This document shows positions 1 through 9,135 of a stretch of DNA of 64,000 nucleotides, in pieces. Made by a program: the position numbers and the translations under genes. The notes beneath the pieces were generated by a model. That model worked only from the letters and a program-made list of their open reading frames with translations, made no database searches and was not told where the DNA came from. The stretch covers positions 800,001-864,000 of the forward strand of contig CAXXLF010000001.1 of the NCBI GenBank assembly GCA_963664015.2, read 5' to 3'. The first letter of the stretch is position 1. Each line of letters opens with the position of its first letter. The DNA is from Candidatus Binatia bacterium. GTDB taxonomy: Bacteria; Desulfobacterota; Binatia; UBA9968; CAXXLF01.

Positions 1-2
1 TC

Positions 3-221
3 GTCGACCGGAAAACAATTCGTTCCCATGAGCGGGTCGTTGTTATCTCAACGGCACATGGGCTGAAATTCGCGGACCAAAAAATCGCCTATCACCTCGA
101 TAAACTGGAAGGCATACGCCCCGGACATCAGAACCAACCCGTCGAGATCAAGGCCAATATGCAACAAATTACCGATGCCATGAAGCGACACGTCGAGCGG
201 ATGCGCCTTCTCGAAGGATAA
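3..221 (+). CDS. thrC: Threonine synthase, C-terminal part (runs off the window start)
   Basis: Frame from nt 3 reads VDRKTIRSHERVVVISTAHGLKF...RLLEG*. STAHGLKF is the plant-like ThrC C-terminal motif. The TAA overlaps the next ATG (TAATG). Confidence 0.8.
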   Translation, partial: VDRKTIRSHERVVVISTAHGLKFADQKIAYHLDKLEGIRPGHQNQPVEIKANMQQITDAMKRHVERMRLLEG

Positions 222-1486
222 TGGACAACGAGAATAACCCTAAAGGTTCGGGCGAGGGTGCTTCACCCAAGCGCACCAAGACCGAGAATCCTCCAAGCGA
301 AACAAACCCCAAAGAGAAACTGGGGATCAGCACCCTCGCCGTCCATGCGGGGGAGCCCCATCCCAAGCTCGGCAACGCACTTGCGACGCCGATCATTCAG
401 ACGGCCACCTACACCTTTGCCGATACGGCGGAACTTCGCGACCACTTCGAGCGGCGCATCGAGCGTGAAGAGTACGGCCGTTACGGCAATCCAACCCAGC
501 GCATCGCCGAGCAGAAACTAGCCGTTCTCGAAGGGGCTGAGGATTGTTTGCTCTTTTCCAGCGGTATGGCAGCCATCACCACGGCCCTGTTCGCCATGCT
601 CTCACGAGGCGCCCATGTGGTGGTTACCGACGATTCGTATCGCCGCACACGCCAGTTTTTAACACAGGTATTGAACCGTTACGGAATCGAGGTGTCCATT
701 GCGCCGGCGGGAGATTACGAGGCCATTGAAGACTCCCTCCGTCCCGCCACAAGAGTCCTGATCAGCGAGTCTCCGACCAATCCCTACAACTACGTCCTAG
801 ATCTGGAACGCTTCGCGGATATCGGGAAACGACATCGGGTCACGACGATCATCGACGCCACCTTCGCAACGCCTTTCAACCAGCGACCGCTGGAGTTTGG
901 CATAGACCTGGTATTACACTCGGCCACCAAGTATCTAGGCGGCCACAACGACCTGCTGGCGGGAGCCGTCCTGGGAACCGCCGCAATGATCGACGGGATT
1001 CGGGCCCTACAGGGTGTCACAGGGGCCGTCCTGGATCCCTTTGCGGCCTATCTGTTACTTCGCGGCTTGAAAACCTTTGCGCTTCGCATCGAGCGGCAAA
1101 ACGCCAACGCTCAGGCCCTCGCCGAATTCCTCGCCACCCACCCGCGAGTCACCACGGTTCATTATGCGGGTTTGCCTAGCCATCCTCACCACCAGGTCGC
1201 ACGGCGTCAGATGAAAGGCTTTGGCGGGGTAGTCTCCTTTGAGGTCAAAGGAAATCTGGAAGAGACGTCAAACATCGTGGACCGCTGTCGCATCCCGCAA
1301 ATCGCCCCCTCCCTGGGAGGCGTGGAAAGCCTGATCGAGCAGCCGGCGTTGATGAGTTTCTACGAACTCACGACAGAGGAAAGACTTTCCGTCGGAATCA
1401 AAGACAATCTGATCCGATACTCGGTTGGCATCGAGGATGCAAAAGACCTGATTGCCGATCTCGCAAATGCCCTCAAAAAGAGCTAG
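221..1486 (+). CDS. metB: Cystathionine gamma-synthase, plant-like (Cys/Met metabolism PLP enzyme)
   Basis: Motifs YGRYGNPT, SSGMAA, ESPTNP, DATFATP, HSATKYLGGHND (PLP lysine) and IAPSLGGVESL. Confidence 0.85.
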   Translation: MDNENNPKGSGEGASPKRTKTENPPSETNPKEKLGISTLAVHAGEPHPKLGNALATPIIQTATYTFADTAELRDHFERRIEREEYGRYGNPTQRIAEQKLAVLEGAEDCLLFSSGMAAITTALFAMLSRGAHVVVTDDSYRRTRQFLTQVLNRYGIEVSIAPAGDYEAIEDSLRPATRVLISESPTNPYNYVLDLERFADIGKRHRVTTIIDATFATPFNQRPLEFGIDLVLHSATKYLGGHNDLLAGAVLGTAAMIDGIRALQGVTGAVLDPFAAYLLLRGLKTFALRIERQNANAQALAEFLATHPRVTTVHYAGLPSHPHHQVARRQMKGFGGVVSFEVKGNLEETSNIVDRCRIPQIAPSLGGVESLIEQPALMSFYELTTEERLSVGIKDNLIRYSVGIEDAKDLIADLANALKKS

Positions 1487-1535
1487 CACCCCAATCCTTA
1501 AAGCACTGATCTAATCGCCTGTTGAATCAAGCATT

Positions 1536-1847
1536 CTAGCGGTCGATTTTCTTCTTAATGTATCGTTTGATTCGATGGTAAGAGTAATCCAATTGGGTCA
1601 GCAGACTCTTCTGTCGATCCGCAATCATCCGAAGCTCTATTTTCTTGACCTGATCGCTGAAGGCCTTTGTCTCTCCGTTTGGTTCGATGATTCGGGTCAC
1701 GCCCTCTTGGGATTTGGCGTCGAGAGCCCGACTTCCCACACCTTCAGAAGTAAAAAGGACCTCTTTTTTCCGCTCCTGATAATCCACCCAGACCAAGGCC
1801 CCTATTACAATGAGGACAAGAACAAATATAAAAGTCCGCCGACTCAT
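1536..1847 (-). CDS. Small hypothetical protein with N-terminal membrane anchor
   Basis: 103-aa ORF with hydrophobic stretch FIFVLVLIVIGALVWV after MSRR. Confidence 0.55.
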   Translation of the reverse strand: MSRRTFIFVLVLIVIGALVWVDYQERKKEVLFTSEGVGSRALDAKSQEGVTRIIEPNGETKAFSDQVKKIELRMIADRQKSLLTQLDYSYHRIKRYIKKKIDR

Positions 1848-2074
1848 GATGATTCAGGACAGCCTACGGCTGCTTCGAAGCTGTACCTATCCTCTGCACT
1901 TCTACACGGTGCTTAACCTGTCCGTCAATACGGGCCCGCCCCGAGAAGGCATTGTTCACCCACCTGGTTATCATTGACACGGGAAGTCTGTTTCGGCTAG
2001 TCTCAGCCGGTCGTCATCACCGGGGCTTGGACACCGAAGCAAAGGCAGGAAAACACTATCGCAGGAATGGTACC

Positions 2075-2905
2075 ATGTTGAATACCAAGATCAGACATGT
2101 CGCGACCATGAGCGAGAACTGTCCTCGGCTGGCAAAGTTTTACGAAGCTGTTTTTGGCATGAAACGGTTCAAGTCCGGACCGGAGCCCGATGACCTTTCG
2201 CTAAAATTAAAGCCTAAGGCCATAACCGTCAGTGACGGTTATGTGGGATTCAACTTCAATCCCAGGAAACCAGGTCGACCAGCGGCACTGGATCACTTCG
2301 GCTTTGAAGTAGACAATGCACAGGACGCCTGCGCTCGCCTCCGTGACAAATACCCTGAGGTCAAGGTCTTGAGCCGCCCTTCCAATCGACCCTTTGCCGG
2401 GCTCACCACCCATGACCCGGCGGGGAACATCTTCGACCTATCACAAAAGCAGATGATTAACCGACGGGACGTCTACGTTGCCGAAGGTTGGACGGCACAA
2501 CGCTCCCTGCACCATTTCGTACTGCGCGTGTTGGACCCGCCTTCAATCGCCAGGTTCTACAAGGAGATTTTTGAGCTCGAAGAGCAAGAAAAGGCCCTGG
2601 AGGACCCCAATATTTATTTATCCGACAGGAGGGTGACTATGGTCATTGCCCCCTGGGACATTACCAACTTCAAAGGAACCGGGGTCGAGCGGCCCAGCAT
2701 GGATCACCTAGGTTTCAAAGTCGAAAGCATCGCCGCGGTCAAAAGCGATCTAGAGGAACTCGCCAATTCCGATCCAACCAGCGCCGCCCGGCCGGTGGGG
2801 GTCGGTCCCGAAAGTGAGGCACGGCTCGCCCTTCTGTCGACCTGCCGTTACGGGAAATCACAACTTTCCGATCCCGATTGCGTTTTCATTGATATTCATG
2901 CATAG
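2075..2905 (+). CDS. Two-domain VOC (glyoxalase/extradiol dioxygenase-like) protein
   Basis: IRHVA..LAKFYEAVFGM, LDHFGFEV, HDPAGNIFDL; second domain LHHFVL..MDHLGFKV..DPDCVFIDI. Start moved to ATG 2075 after AGGA. Confidence 0.75.
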   Translation: MLNTKIRHVATMSENCPRLAKFYEAVFGMKRFKSGPEPDDLSLKLKPKAITVSDGYVGFNFNPRKPGRPAALDHFGFEVDNAQDACARLRDKYPEVKVLSRPSNRPFAGLTTHDPAGNIFDLSQKQMINRRDVYVAEGWTAQRSLHHFVLRVLDPPSIARFYKEIFELEEQEKALEDPNIYLSDRRVTMVIAPWDITNFKGTGVERPSMDHLGFKVESIAAVKSDLEELANSDPTSAARPVGVGPESEARLALLSTCRYGKSQLSDPDCVFIDIHA

Positions 2906-2974
2906 GGCGAATAGAGAAGAGATATCCATTGGACTTTTGAATTTGGAGACACGGGTCCCCTCAAGGTCTTTTTA

Positions 2975-3020
2975 ATGAAGCCTCCACGGGCTTACGCCCA
3001 TAGTCTTCTGCGAAGGCGGA
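2975..3020. repeat. REP/IS200-end-like palindromic repeat, copy 1
   Basis: atgaagcctccacgggcttacgcccatagtcttctgcgaaggcgga; the first 20 nt are identical to 62171-62190. Confidence 0.7.
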
Positions 3021-3045
3021 TCGAAAGGTTGACCCGCTAGCGTTT

Positions 3046-4257
3046 ATGAAAGAAGCCGACCACAACCCACCTTTGTCTGGATACCGCGTGTTGGACCTGG
3101 CGGGGCCAATGGCCTTTCATTGCGTAAAGCTTCTCGCCGACATGGGCGCGGATGTGTTGAAGATAGAGCCACCGGGAGGCGACCCAGCCCGCAGGATCCC
3201 GCCCTTCAAGGACGACCAGCCCCATCCTGAAAAAAGCCTTTATTTCCTGCACTACAATTCCAACAAGCAAGGTATCACCCTGAATTTAAACTCAGCCGAC
3301 GGCCGGGCCATCTTTTTGGAACTTGCTCGCTCCGCCGACGTCGTCATCGAGACCTTTCGTCCCGGGCATATGGAAGGGCTGGGCCTGGGGTACAATGTGT
3401 TGAGTGACGTGAATCCGGGCCTGATCATGGCATCCGTAACTCCCTTTGGACAAACGGGTCCCTGGCGGGATTATGAGGCGATGGATATTGCCGGCCTGGC
3501 GCTCAGTAATCTGATGATCCTCACGGGAGAACCCGGAGAGCCCCCGGTTCAAGGCCCCGGTGAACTGGCATACGGAATGGCCTCGACCTACGGCGCCTTT
3601 GGGATCGCCACCGCCCTGTACCATCGGCTGGAAGTCGGCAAGGGCCAGCAGATCGATGTGTCGATGCACGAATGCGCGGCCCACATTGCCGGTTATTTCA
3701 TCCCCAATTACGCTTACAGTGGGGCCATGCCCGACCGCGCCTCGCGTACAGGAGAAGAGACGGATCTATACGACCCGTACCCGGCGAAGAACGGGTATGT
3801 ACGGCTGTTCATTATCCCGGTAGAGCAGTGGCGGCGGCTGGTAGACTGGATGGGCCGTCCAAAGCAGATCGCTGATCCGGCCTTTGAAAAGATGGAGTTT
3901 CGTCGGAAACACTCGGAAATCGTTCACACCATCATCAGTGATTTCTGCGCGCGGCATACCAAAGAGGAGCTCTACGAGGAGGGGCAGCGGCGCCGCATCA
4001 GCGTTACTCCTATCAATACGCCACGGGAATTCATGGAGAGCGCCCATACGAAGGCCCGGCAAATTTTTATTGAGATGGAGCATCCGGTCGTTGGCACGTA
4101 CCAGCACTATGGGGCAATCCCCAAATTCAGCGATTCACCGGGGCGGGTAACCAGAACTGCACCATTGATCGGAGAACACAATGAGGAGATCTACCGTGGC
4201 CGGCTTGGACTCTCCAAAGAAGACCTGTTCGCATTAACGGCCGCCGGCATCATCTAA
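3046..4257 (+). CDS. CaiB/BaiF family III CoA-transferase subunit, catalytic Asp absent (BbsE-like)
   Basis: RVLDL, LADMGADVLKIEPPGGD, ADVVIETFRPG, SVTPFGQTGPW. The Asp position reads LAYGMAS. Confidence 0.85.
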   Translation: MKEADHNPPLSGYRVLDLAGPMAFHCVKLLADMGADVLKIEPPGGDPARRIPPFKDDQPHPEKSLYFLHYNSNKQGITLNLNSADGRAIFLELARSADVVIETFRPGHMEGLGLGYNVLSDVNPGLIMASVTPFGQTGPWRDYEAMDIAGLALSNLMILTGEPGEPPVQGPGELAYGMASTYGAFGIATALYHRLEVGKGQQIDVSMHECAAHIAGYFIPNYAYSGAMPDRASRTGEETDLYDPYPAKNGYVRLFIIPVEQWRRLVDWMGRPKQIADPAFEKMEFRRKHSEIVHTIISDFCARHTKEELYEEGQRRRISVTPINTPREFMESAHTKARQIFIEMEHPVVGTYQHYGAIPKFSDSPGRVTRTAPLIGEHNEEIYRGRLGLSKEDLFALTAAGII

Positions 4258-4287
4258 TGGGTAATAAGTTGATAAAACTTTCTGTTT

Positions 4288-4473
4288 GCAGGCTGGTCAA
4301 AAAGAACTCAGAGGCGAGGCGCGTGAAGATTTGACGAGCGGAGGCGTACTTAGGCGGTACGTTGGAGCGAGGACCCTTGGAGCGAGAATGATTTCCGCAG
4401 CGATCGAGCGCAACAATCCTAAACGCCTGCTTGAAGCAGGCTGTTGGCATATGGGTCTTTTTCAGCAGTCTGC
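4288..4473. mobile_element. MITE-like non-coding element with terminal inverted repeats
   Basis: Left end gcaggctggtcaaaaagaac; right end reverse-complements to gcagactgctgaaaaagac. Internal ggaggcgtac/gtacg palindrome. Confidence 0.6.
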
Positions 4474-4485
4474 TGAGGAGAGGTT

Positions 4486-5694
4486 ATGGCAAAGCTAGCA
4501 TTGGAAGGGATCCGAGTCCTGGAGATCAGCACTGGCGCTGCGGGCCCCACCTTGGGCAGAGTACTGGGTGAATTCGGGGCGGAGGTCATCCGTATAGAGA
4601 CCCGTCTTCGGTCGGACGGGCATCGAGGCGAGAGCCCTGAGAAATGGAACAAGCGGCCCGACTTCGTCAAACTGCACAGGGGGAAAAAGTCGTTTACCGT
4701 GAACATGAAAACGGAAAAGGGCTGTAACCTGGTTAAGAATCTCGCTAAGAAGTGTGACGTTGTGGTGGAGAATTACGGCCTGGGGGTCGTGGAGAGATGG
4801 GGACTCGACTATCCGCAGGTGAAAGAGCTTAACCCCACATGCATTTTCGTTCGGGTCAAGGGTCTAGGCTGTACGGGCCCTCACGCGGCAGACCTGACGT
4901 GGGGTCCTAACGTGGCCAACCTCAACGGGAGTACTTACCTGTGGAATTACCCTGGAGCGTCGACTCCAACGGCGGAGCCCAGGAGCCAGCACCCGGATTT
5001 TATGGGTGGGGTCACCGGTGCCTTTGCGGTCGTGCTGGCGCTGATTCATCGGAAGAAGACCGGCCGCGGCCAATGGATCGACAGCGCGCAGCTTGAAATC
5101 GGGGCATCCGTTTTAGGCCCGAGGTACCTGGAATATTCCGTTAACGGTCGAGAGCCGCAACCCGAAGGCAACCGAAGCGTGGTGGCGGCACCCTACGGCG
5201 CCTATCGATGCAAGGGCGACGACCGGTGGTGCGTTATCGCCGTCGATACTCAAGACAAATGGGAACGTTTTTGCGACAAGCGGGGAGATTCCCAACTGGC
5301 CCGCAACGGGAAGTTCGCGACCCACCTTCAGAGGGTGCGTCACCGGGCGGAATTGGACCAGTGGGTTGACGCGTGGACCAGCGAACACGATCCCTACGAG
5401 GTGATGGACATTTTGCAGGGCATCGGTATTTGTGCCGCAGTCGTCCAGAACGTGGAAGATCAATTCAAGCATGATGTGCAGTACGCTACCACTGGCTTCC
5501 TCGTAAAGACGAAGGAGCCTGAGGCGGGAGAAGTGGTCACCGAAGGGATCCCTCTCCGTTTGTCAGACACACCGGGGACCATGGACCGGCCGGCACCACT
5601 TATGGGCGAGCATACCCATGAAATAGCTTCCCAGCTGCTTGGCCTCAGCGATGAAGAAATCAATACTCTGGAGAAAGAAAATGTCCTTGTTTAG
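4486..5694 (+). CDS. CaiB/BaiF family III CoA-transferase subunit, catalytic Asp present (BbsF-like)
   Basis: LEGIRVLE, GAEVIRIE, HRGKKS, DVVVENY, HPDFMGG, TGRGQWID, APLMGEHT. Confidence 0.85.
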   Translation: MAKLALEGIRVLEISTGAAGPTLGRVLGEFGAEVIRIETRLRSDGHRGESPEKWNKRPDFVKLHRGKKSFTVNMKTEKGCNLVKNLAKKCDVVVENYGLGVVERWGLDYPQVKELNPTCIFVRVKGLGCTGPHAADLTWGPNVANLNGSTYLWNYPGASTPTAEPRSQHPDFMGGVTGAFAVVLALIHRKKTGRGQWIDSAQLEIGASVLGPRYLEYSVNGREPQPEGNRSVVAAPYGAYRCKGDDRWCVIAVDTQDKWERFCDKRGDSQLARNGKFATHLQRVRHRAELDQWVDAWTSEHDPYEVMDILQGIGICAAVVQNVEDQFKHDVQYATTGFLVKTKEPEAGEVVTEGIPLRLSDTPGTMDRPAPLMGEHTHEIASQLLGLSDEEINTLEKENVLV

Positions 5695-5728
5695 GGTAAA
5701 TGTATTCATTCAATAAGAGGGAGCAATC

Positions 5729-6547
5729 ATGGCAGAACCCATCGTAATTTACGAAAAACGAGAACCTCATACGGCTATCATTCAGATGAATCGACCGGAA
5801 AAGAAAAATGCGATCAGCAGCGATCTCTACTGGGCGATGGAGGAGGCTTGGAAAAATGCAAAGGAGGATGACGACGTATGGTCGATTATTCTTACCGGCT
5901 CCGGCGATTCCTTTTGTGCCGGCGGTGACTTGAAAGAAAACCTGGCCTCGGCGCGAGGCGAGCTCAAGAGACCGCGATTTGGGAATCGACCCTACCCGGA
6001 CCTCCATGCCCTGGAAATGAACAAGCCCATCATCGCTGCAATCAACGGATTTTCCGTGGGTGGCGGCTTTGGCCTCGCCCTGAACTGCGACATCCGCTAC
6101 TGTGTGCCGCAGGCAAAGTTCGGGTGTTCCGAGGTGCGCTGGTCACACCTGGCCGCGTGGCCTTCCTACGTGACCACCCTACCTCTGGGATGGGCCTTCT
6201 GGTTTGGCTTGACCGGCCAGACGGTAGACGCGGAGACGGCTTTCCGACTGGGGCTCGTGCAGAAGATCTGCGAACCGGACAAGCTTCTAGAGGATTGCCT
6301 GGAACTCTGCGCAACCATCAATCAAAACGGAAGGCTTATCGCGGCTCATACCAAGGAGTACATCCACAAGCTGATGTACGGCATCCAGGGCTGGGAGGAA
6401 GGTTTCAAGCTGCACCGTGAGTACTATGCCCGCCTACGCCAGAGCAAGGACTACGATGAGGGCTCTGCTGCCTTCTCTGAGCGGCGCGACCCGAAGTTTA
6501 CCGCCACCTATTATGACAAGGACAAGAAGCCGCCGGGAGTTTCCTAG
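5729..6547 (+). CDS. Enoyl-CoA hydratase/isomerase (crotonase) family protein
   Basis: NRPEKKNA, FCAGGDL, KPIIAAING, GGGFGLAL, SEVR, EGSAAFSERRDPKF. Confidence 0.85.
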   Translation: MAEPIVIYEKREPHTAIIQMNRPEKKNAISSDLYWAMEEAWKNAKEDDDVWSIILTGSGDSFCAGGDLKENLASARGELKRPRFGNRPYPDLHALEMNKPIIAAINGFSVGGGFGLALNCDIRYCVPQAKFGCSEVRWSHLAAWPSYVTTLPLGWAFWFGLTGQTVDAETAFRLGLVQKICEPDKLLEDCLELCATINQNGRLIAAHTKEYIHKLMYGIQGWEEGFKLHREYYARLRQSKDYDEGSAAFSERRDPKFTATYYDKDKKPPGVS

Positions 6548-6677
6548 GTCAGCTCTATTTTCTTAGACCATTGGCCACCCTTGCAAAGGTGGCCGATCCA
6601 AAGAGGCTCCATTCGCGGGGACCCTTTGGGCAACGGCAAACCCGCAGATCCGCTAGATGAGCTCATTAGATGAAACC

Positions 6678-7113
6678 ATGAAGTTCCTATTCATTTGTTT
6701 CGCAAACGCCGGACGCAGCCAGGTGGCGGAAGGGTTGTTCAAGAAGCTCTCCAGACACGATGCGGCAAGCGCAGGCACCAATGTCGCGGAACTGTTGGCT
6801 GGGAGGAACCCGCTCAGCAGCAGGGTCAAAGACGCCACCGGTGGACAGACGGTCACTCCTTTCCTATTTGATGGAACAGGGGATCAACCCCGCCGACAAC
6901 ATAAGACAACAGCTCACTCCTGCAATGGTCGACGCCGCCGACCGAGTGATTGTCATTGCATCCAAAGAAAGTTGGCCCCCATACCTCGGACAGAGCCCCA
7001 AGGTCGATTTCTGGGACATCCCCAATGCTGTAGGGATGACTTCCGAGGCTGCGCATCAGATTTATGACCAGGTCAAGCAGCGAGTTCTCGCACTGGTTGA
7101 GGAAATAGGCTAA
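6678..7113 (+). pseudogene. LMW phosphatase / ArsC-like protein, frameshifted
   Basis: MKFLFICFANAGRSQVAE (CX5R) and SAGT in one frame; QLTPAMVDAADRVI..WDIP..IYDQVKQRV in another. Shift near 6850. Confidence 0.75.
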
Positions 7114-7128
7114 CGCATCCCTGCGTAT

Positions 7129-8605
7129 TGCGCCACACCATGTATAATCTAACCCAAGGGCGATACGACACCGCAAAGGCCCAAGAGGCCGCCAACGTTG
7201 CTTAGCCATTTGTGATTCTAACCCTCCAAGGGCTCACATTAGAGCTCAAGGAGGGCAACAATGGAAGGGTTCACCATGGCACGACGATCCAAGCAGGAGT
7301 ATTTACGATCCATCTATGATCGTTATCAGCACGCACCACGGGCACAGAAGGGAACGATGCTAGAGGAATTCTGCAAGGTTTACGGCTACAACCGCAAATA
7401 TGCCATCTGGCTTTTAAACCGGCCCTTGCCCGAGGCAACTGTACGCAAACGGGGTGCACCTCGCTCTCCTACATACAATCGGGCAATGGTAAGGATTTTG
7501 GCAAAGGTGTGGGAGGCCTCGGGGTATCTGTGCTCCCAACGTCTGAAGGCCGCCCTTGTACACTGGTTGCCCTGGATAAGGCAACACTTCGAGCTGACCC
7601 AACCGTTAGAGGATCAGCTCCTGGCCATCAGCGCCCGTCAGATGGATCGGCGCCTGAGGGAAACCAAGCACATCGTGAAACGCCGACTCTATGGCACCAC
7701 TCGGCCCGGATCGCTACTAAAGCAGATGATCCCGATTAAGACCGATCACTGGGATGTGAACCGGCCGGGCTATCTGGAGATTGACCTGGTGTCACACTCA
7801 GGGGCCTCAGCGGTTGGGGAGTTTGTCCATAGTCTGGACTGTGTCGACATTGCTACCTGCTGGGTAGAGCGCAAGGCCGTCATGGGTAAGAGCGCTTTGG
7901 GTGTCTTGAATGCGGTCACCGAGATCGAACACCAGCTTCCTTTTCCCCTCAAGGGGATCGACTCCGACAACGGCAGTGAGTTTATCAACAACCGCCTTCT
8001 TGCCTTCTGTCAACAACGCCCAGCTGGCCACACCATTCAGTTCACCCGCTCGCGTCCCTACAAAAAAGATGACAACGCGCACATCGAGCAGAAAAACTGG
8101 ACCCATGTCAGAAAGCTTATGGGCTGGGATCGCTACGACACCGCAAAGGCCCAAGAGGCCGCCAACCAGCTCTATGATGAGCTTAGGATCTTCCAGAATC
8201 TGTTCCAGCCCTCCATGAAGCTGCGATGCAAGATCCGTATAGGCTCTCGACTTATTCGCCGCTATGACACGCCTCGTACCCCGTTCGAACGGGTCGTGGA
8301 GTCCCGAAAGGGAGACCCCAAAAAGCTGGCAGCCCTCAAGCACACGCTTAAGACAACTGATCCCTTCGAGCTCTCTACCCGAATCGATCAGCAACTGCAG
8401 CGGATCTACAAGCTGGCCAGCCATGCAGACAGAGCCCCACGAGAGAGACCACCGCTGAAACAAACGCCGTGGAGAAACTGGACCTTCAGCAAGAAACTAC
8501 AGCGCCAACAACAGGACATGAAACGACAGATGCGAGACGACTTCGGTTAGATTTTGTAATGACGCAACGAATCCCGCTAGGGTTAGATTTTTTGATGGCT
8601 TAACA
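7129..8605 (+). mobile_element. Insertion sequence with DDE (rve-type) transposase and two TCTAACC repeats at each end
   Basis: TCTAACC at 7148 and 7217; GGTTAGA at 8545 and 8581; right end ..gatggcttaaCA at 8605. No target duplication recognised; the left limit could be 7129 or 7199. Confidence 0.75.
7261..8550 (+). CDS. DDE transposase/integrase (rve domain, ISNCY/IS481-like)
   Basis: PGYLEIDLVSH, GIDSDNGSEFIN, FTRSRPYKKDDNAHIEQKN; N-terminal HTH-like GYNRKYAIWLL. ATG 7276 is an alternative start. Confidence 0.9.
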   Translation: MEGFTMARRSKQEYLRSIYDRYQHAPRAQKGTMLEEFCKVYGYNRKYAIWLLNRPLPEATVRKRGAPRSPTYNRAMVRILAKVWEASGYLCSQRLKAALVHWLPWIRQHFELTQPLEDQLLAISARQMDRRLRETKHIVKRRLYGTTRPGSLLKQMIPIKTDHWDVNRPGYLEIDLVSHSGASAVGEFVHSLDCVDIATCWVERKAVMGKSALGVLNAVTEIEHQLPFPLKGIDSDNGSEFINNRLLAFCQQRPAGHTIQFTRSRPYKKDDNAHIEQKNWTHVRKLMGWDRYDTAKAQEAANQLYDELRIFQNLFQPSMKLRCKIRIGSRLIRRYDTPRTPFERVVESRKGDPKKLAALKHTLKTTDPFELSTRIDQQLQRIYKLASHADRAPRERPPLKQTPWRNWTFSKKLQRQQQDMKRQMRDDFG

Positions 8606-9135
8606 CGCCTGGAATCCAAGACGATTCTAGGCCTTGAATAAGTTGAAGAGACTTTTCCCCGATACATTTCAGCGCATTTGGGAACAGAGTGGAATAAGGG
8701 GGCCTGGGGCGAGTTTCCCCCTCTTGCAGAGTCTATTCCCAGTGACTATAGTGACGCCGTCTTTGAACAGAAACTCTCATAAAACGGTTTACGACAACAA
8801 TCATTCTCTCGGTCTTGATATCAGCAGTTCCTATGGGTGTCACCGCCAGTGATAAGTGGCAGAAAGGCGGAAATCGACGCCGATATCTTCTTAGTAAGTG
8901 GATTCTATTACTATTACCACCGGCGATCCTGGTTTGTGGCGAAGCACTACAACGGTCCTTAGAGGGCCATTTAATTTCATAGAATACCCCCCGGTCTGAA
9001 GGGCAAATCTCCCAGGAGACTTAAAGCCAAGGCCTTAAAGGGAAGAAACGGCCGCAACAGTAAGAAGAGATCCTGAGGTCTGAATATCTGCCTAGAAGTT
9101 TGAAGGTAAAGGCCAACAACCGTCTGGTTAGAAGG

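Noticed and set aside
6570-6655. c-di-GMP-I riboswitch (GGCAAACC seen)
   Set aside because: Two hairpins are present, but the GNRA/receptor architecture and following GCAAAG are missing; probably a terminator or repeat.
7138-7233. CRISPR array interpretation of the repeat-spacer-repeat unit
   Set aside because: Only two imperfect repeats, which match the IS end motif, and no cas genes in the window. Reported as an IS-end anomaly instead.
8634-9135. Short ORFs right of the IS
   Set aside because: Multiple stops in all plausible frames and no recognisable motif; at most an unidentifiable remnant.
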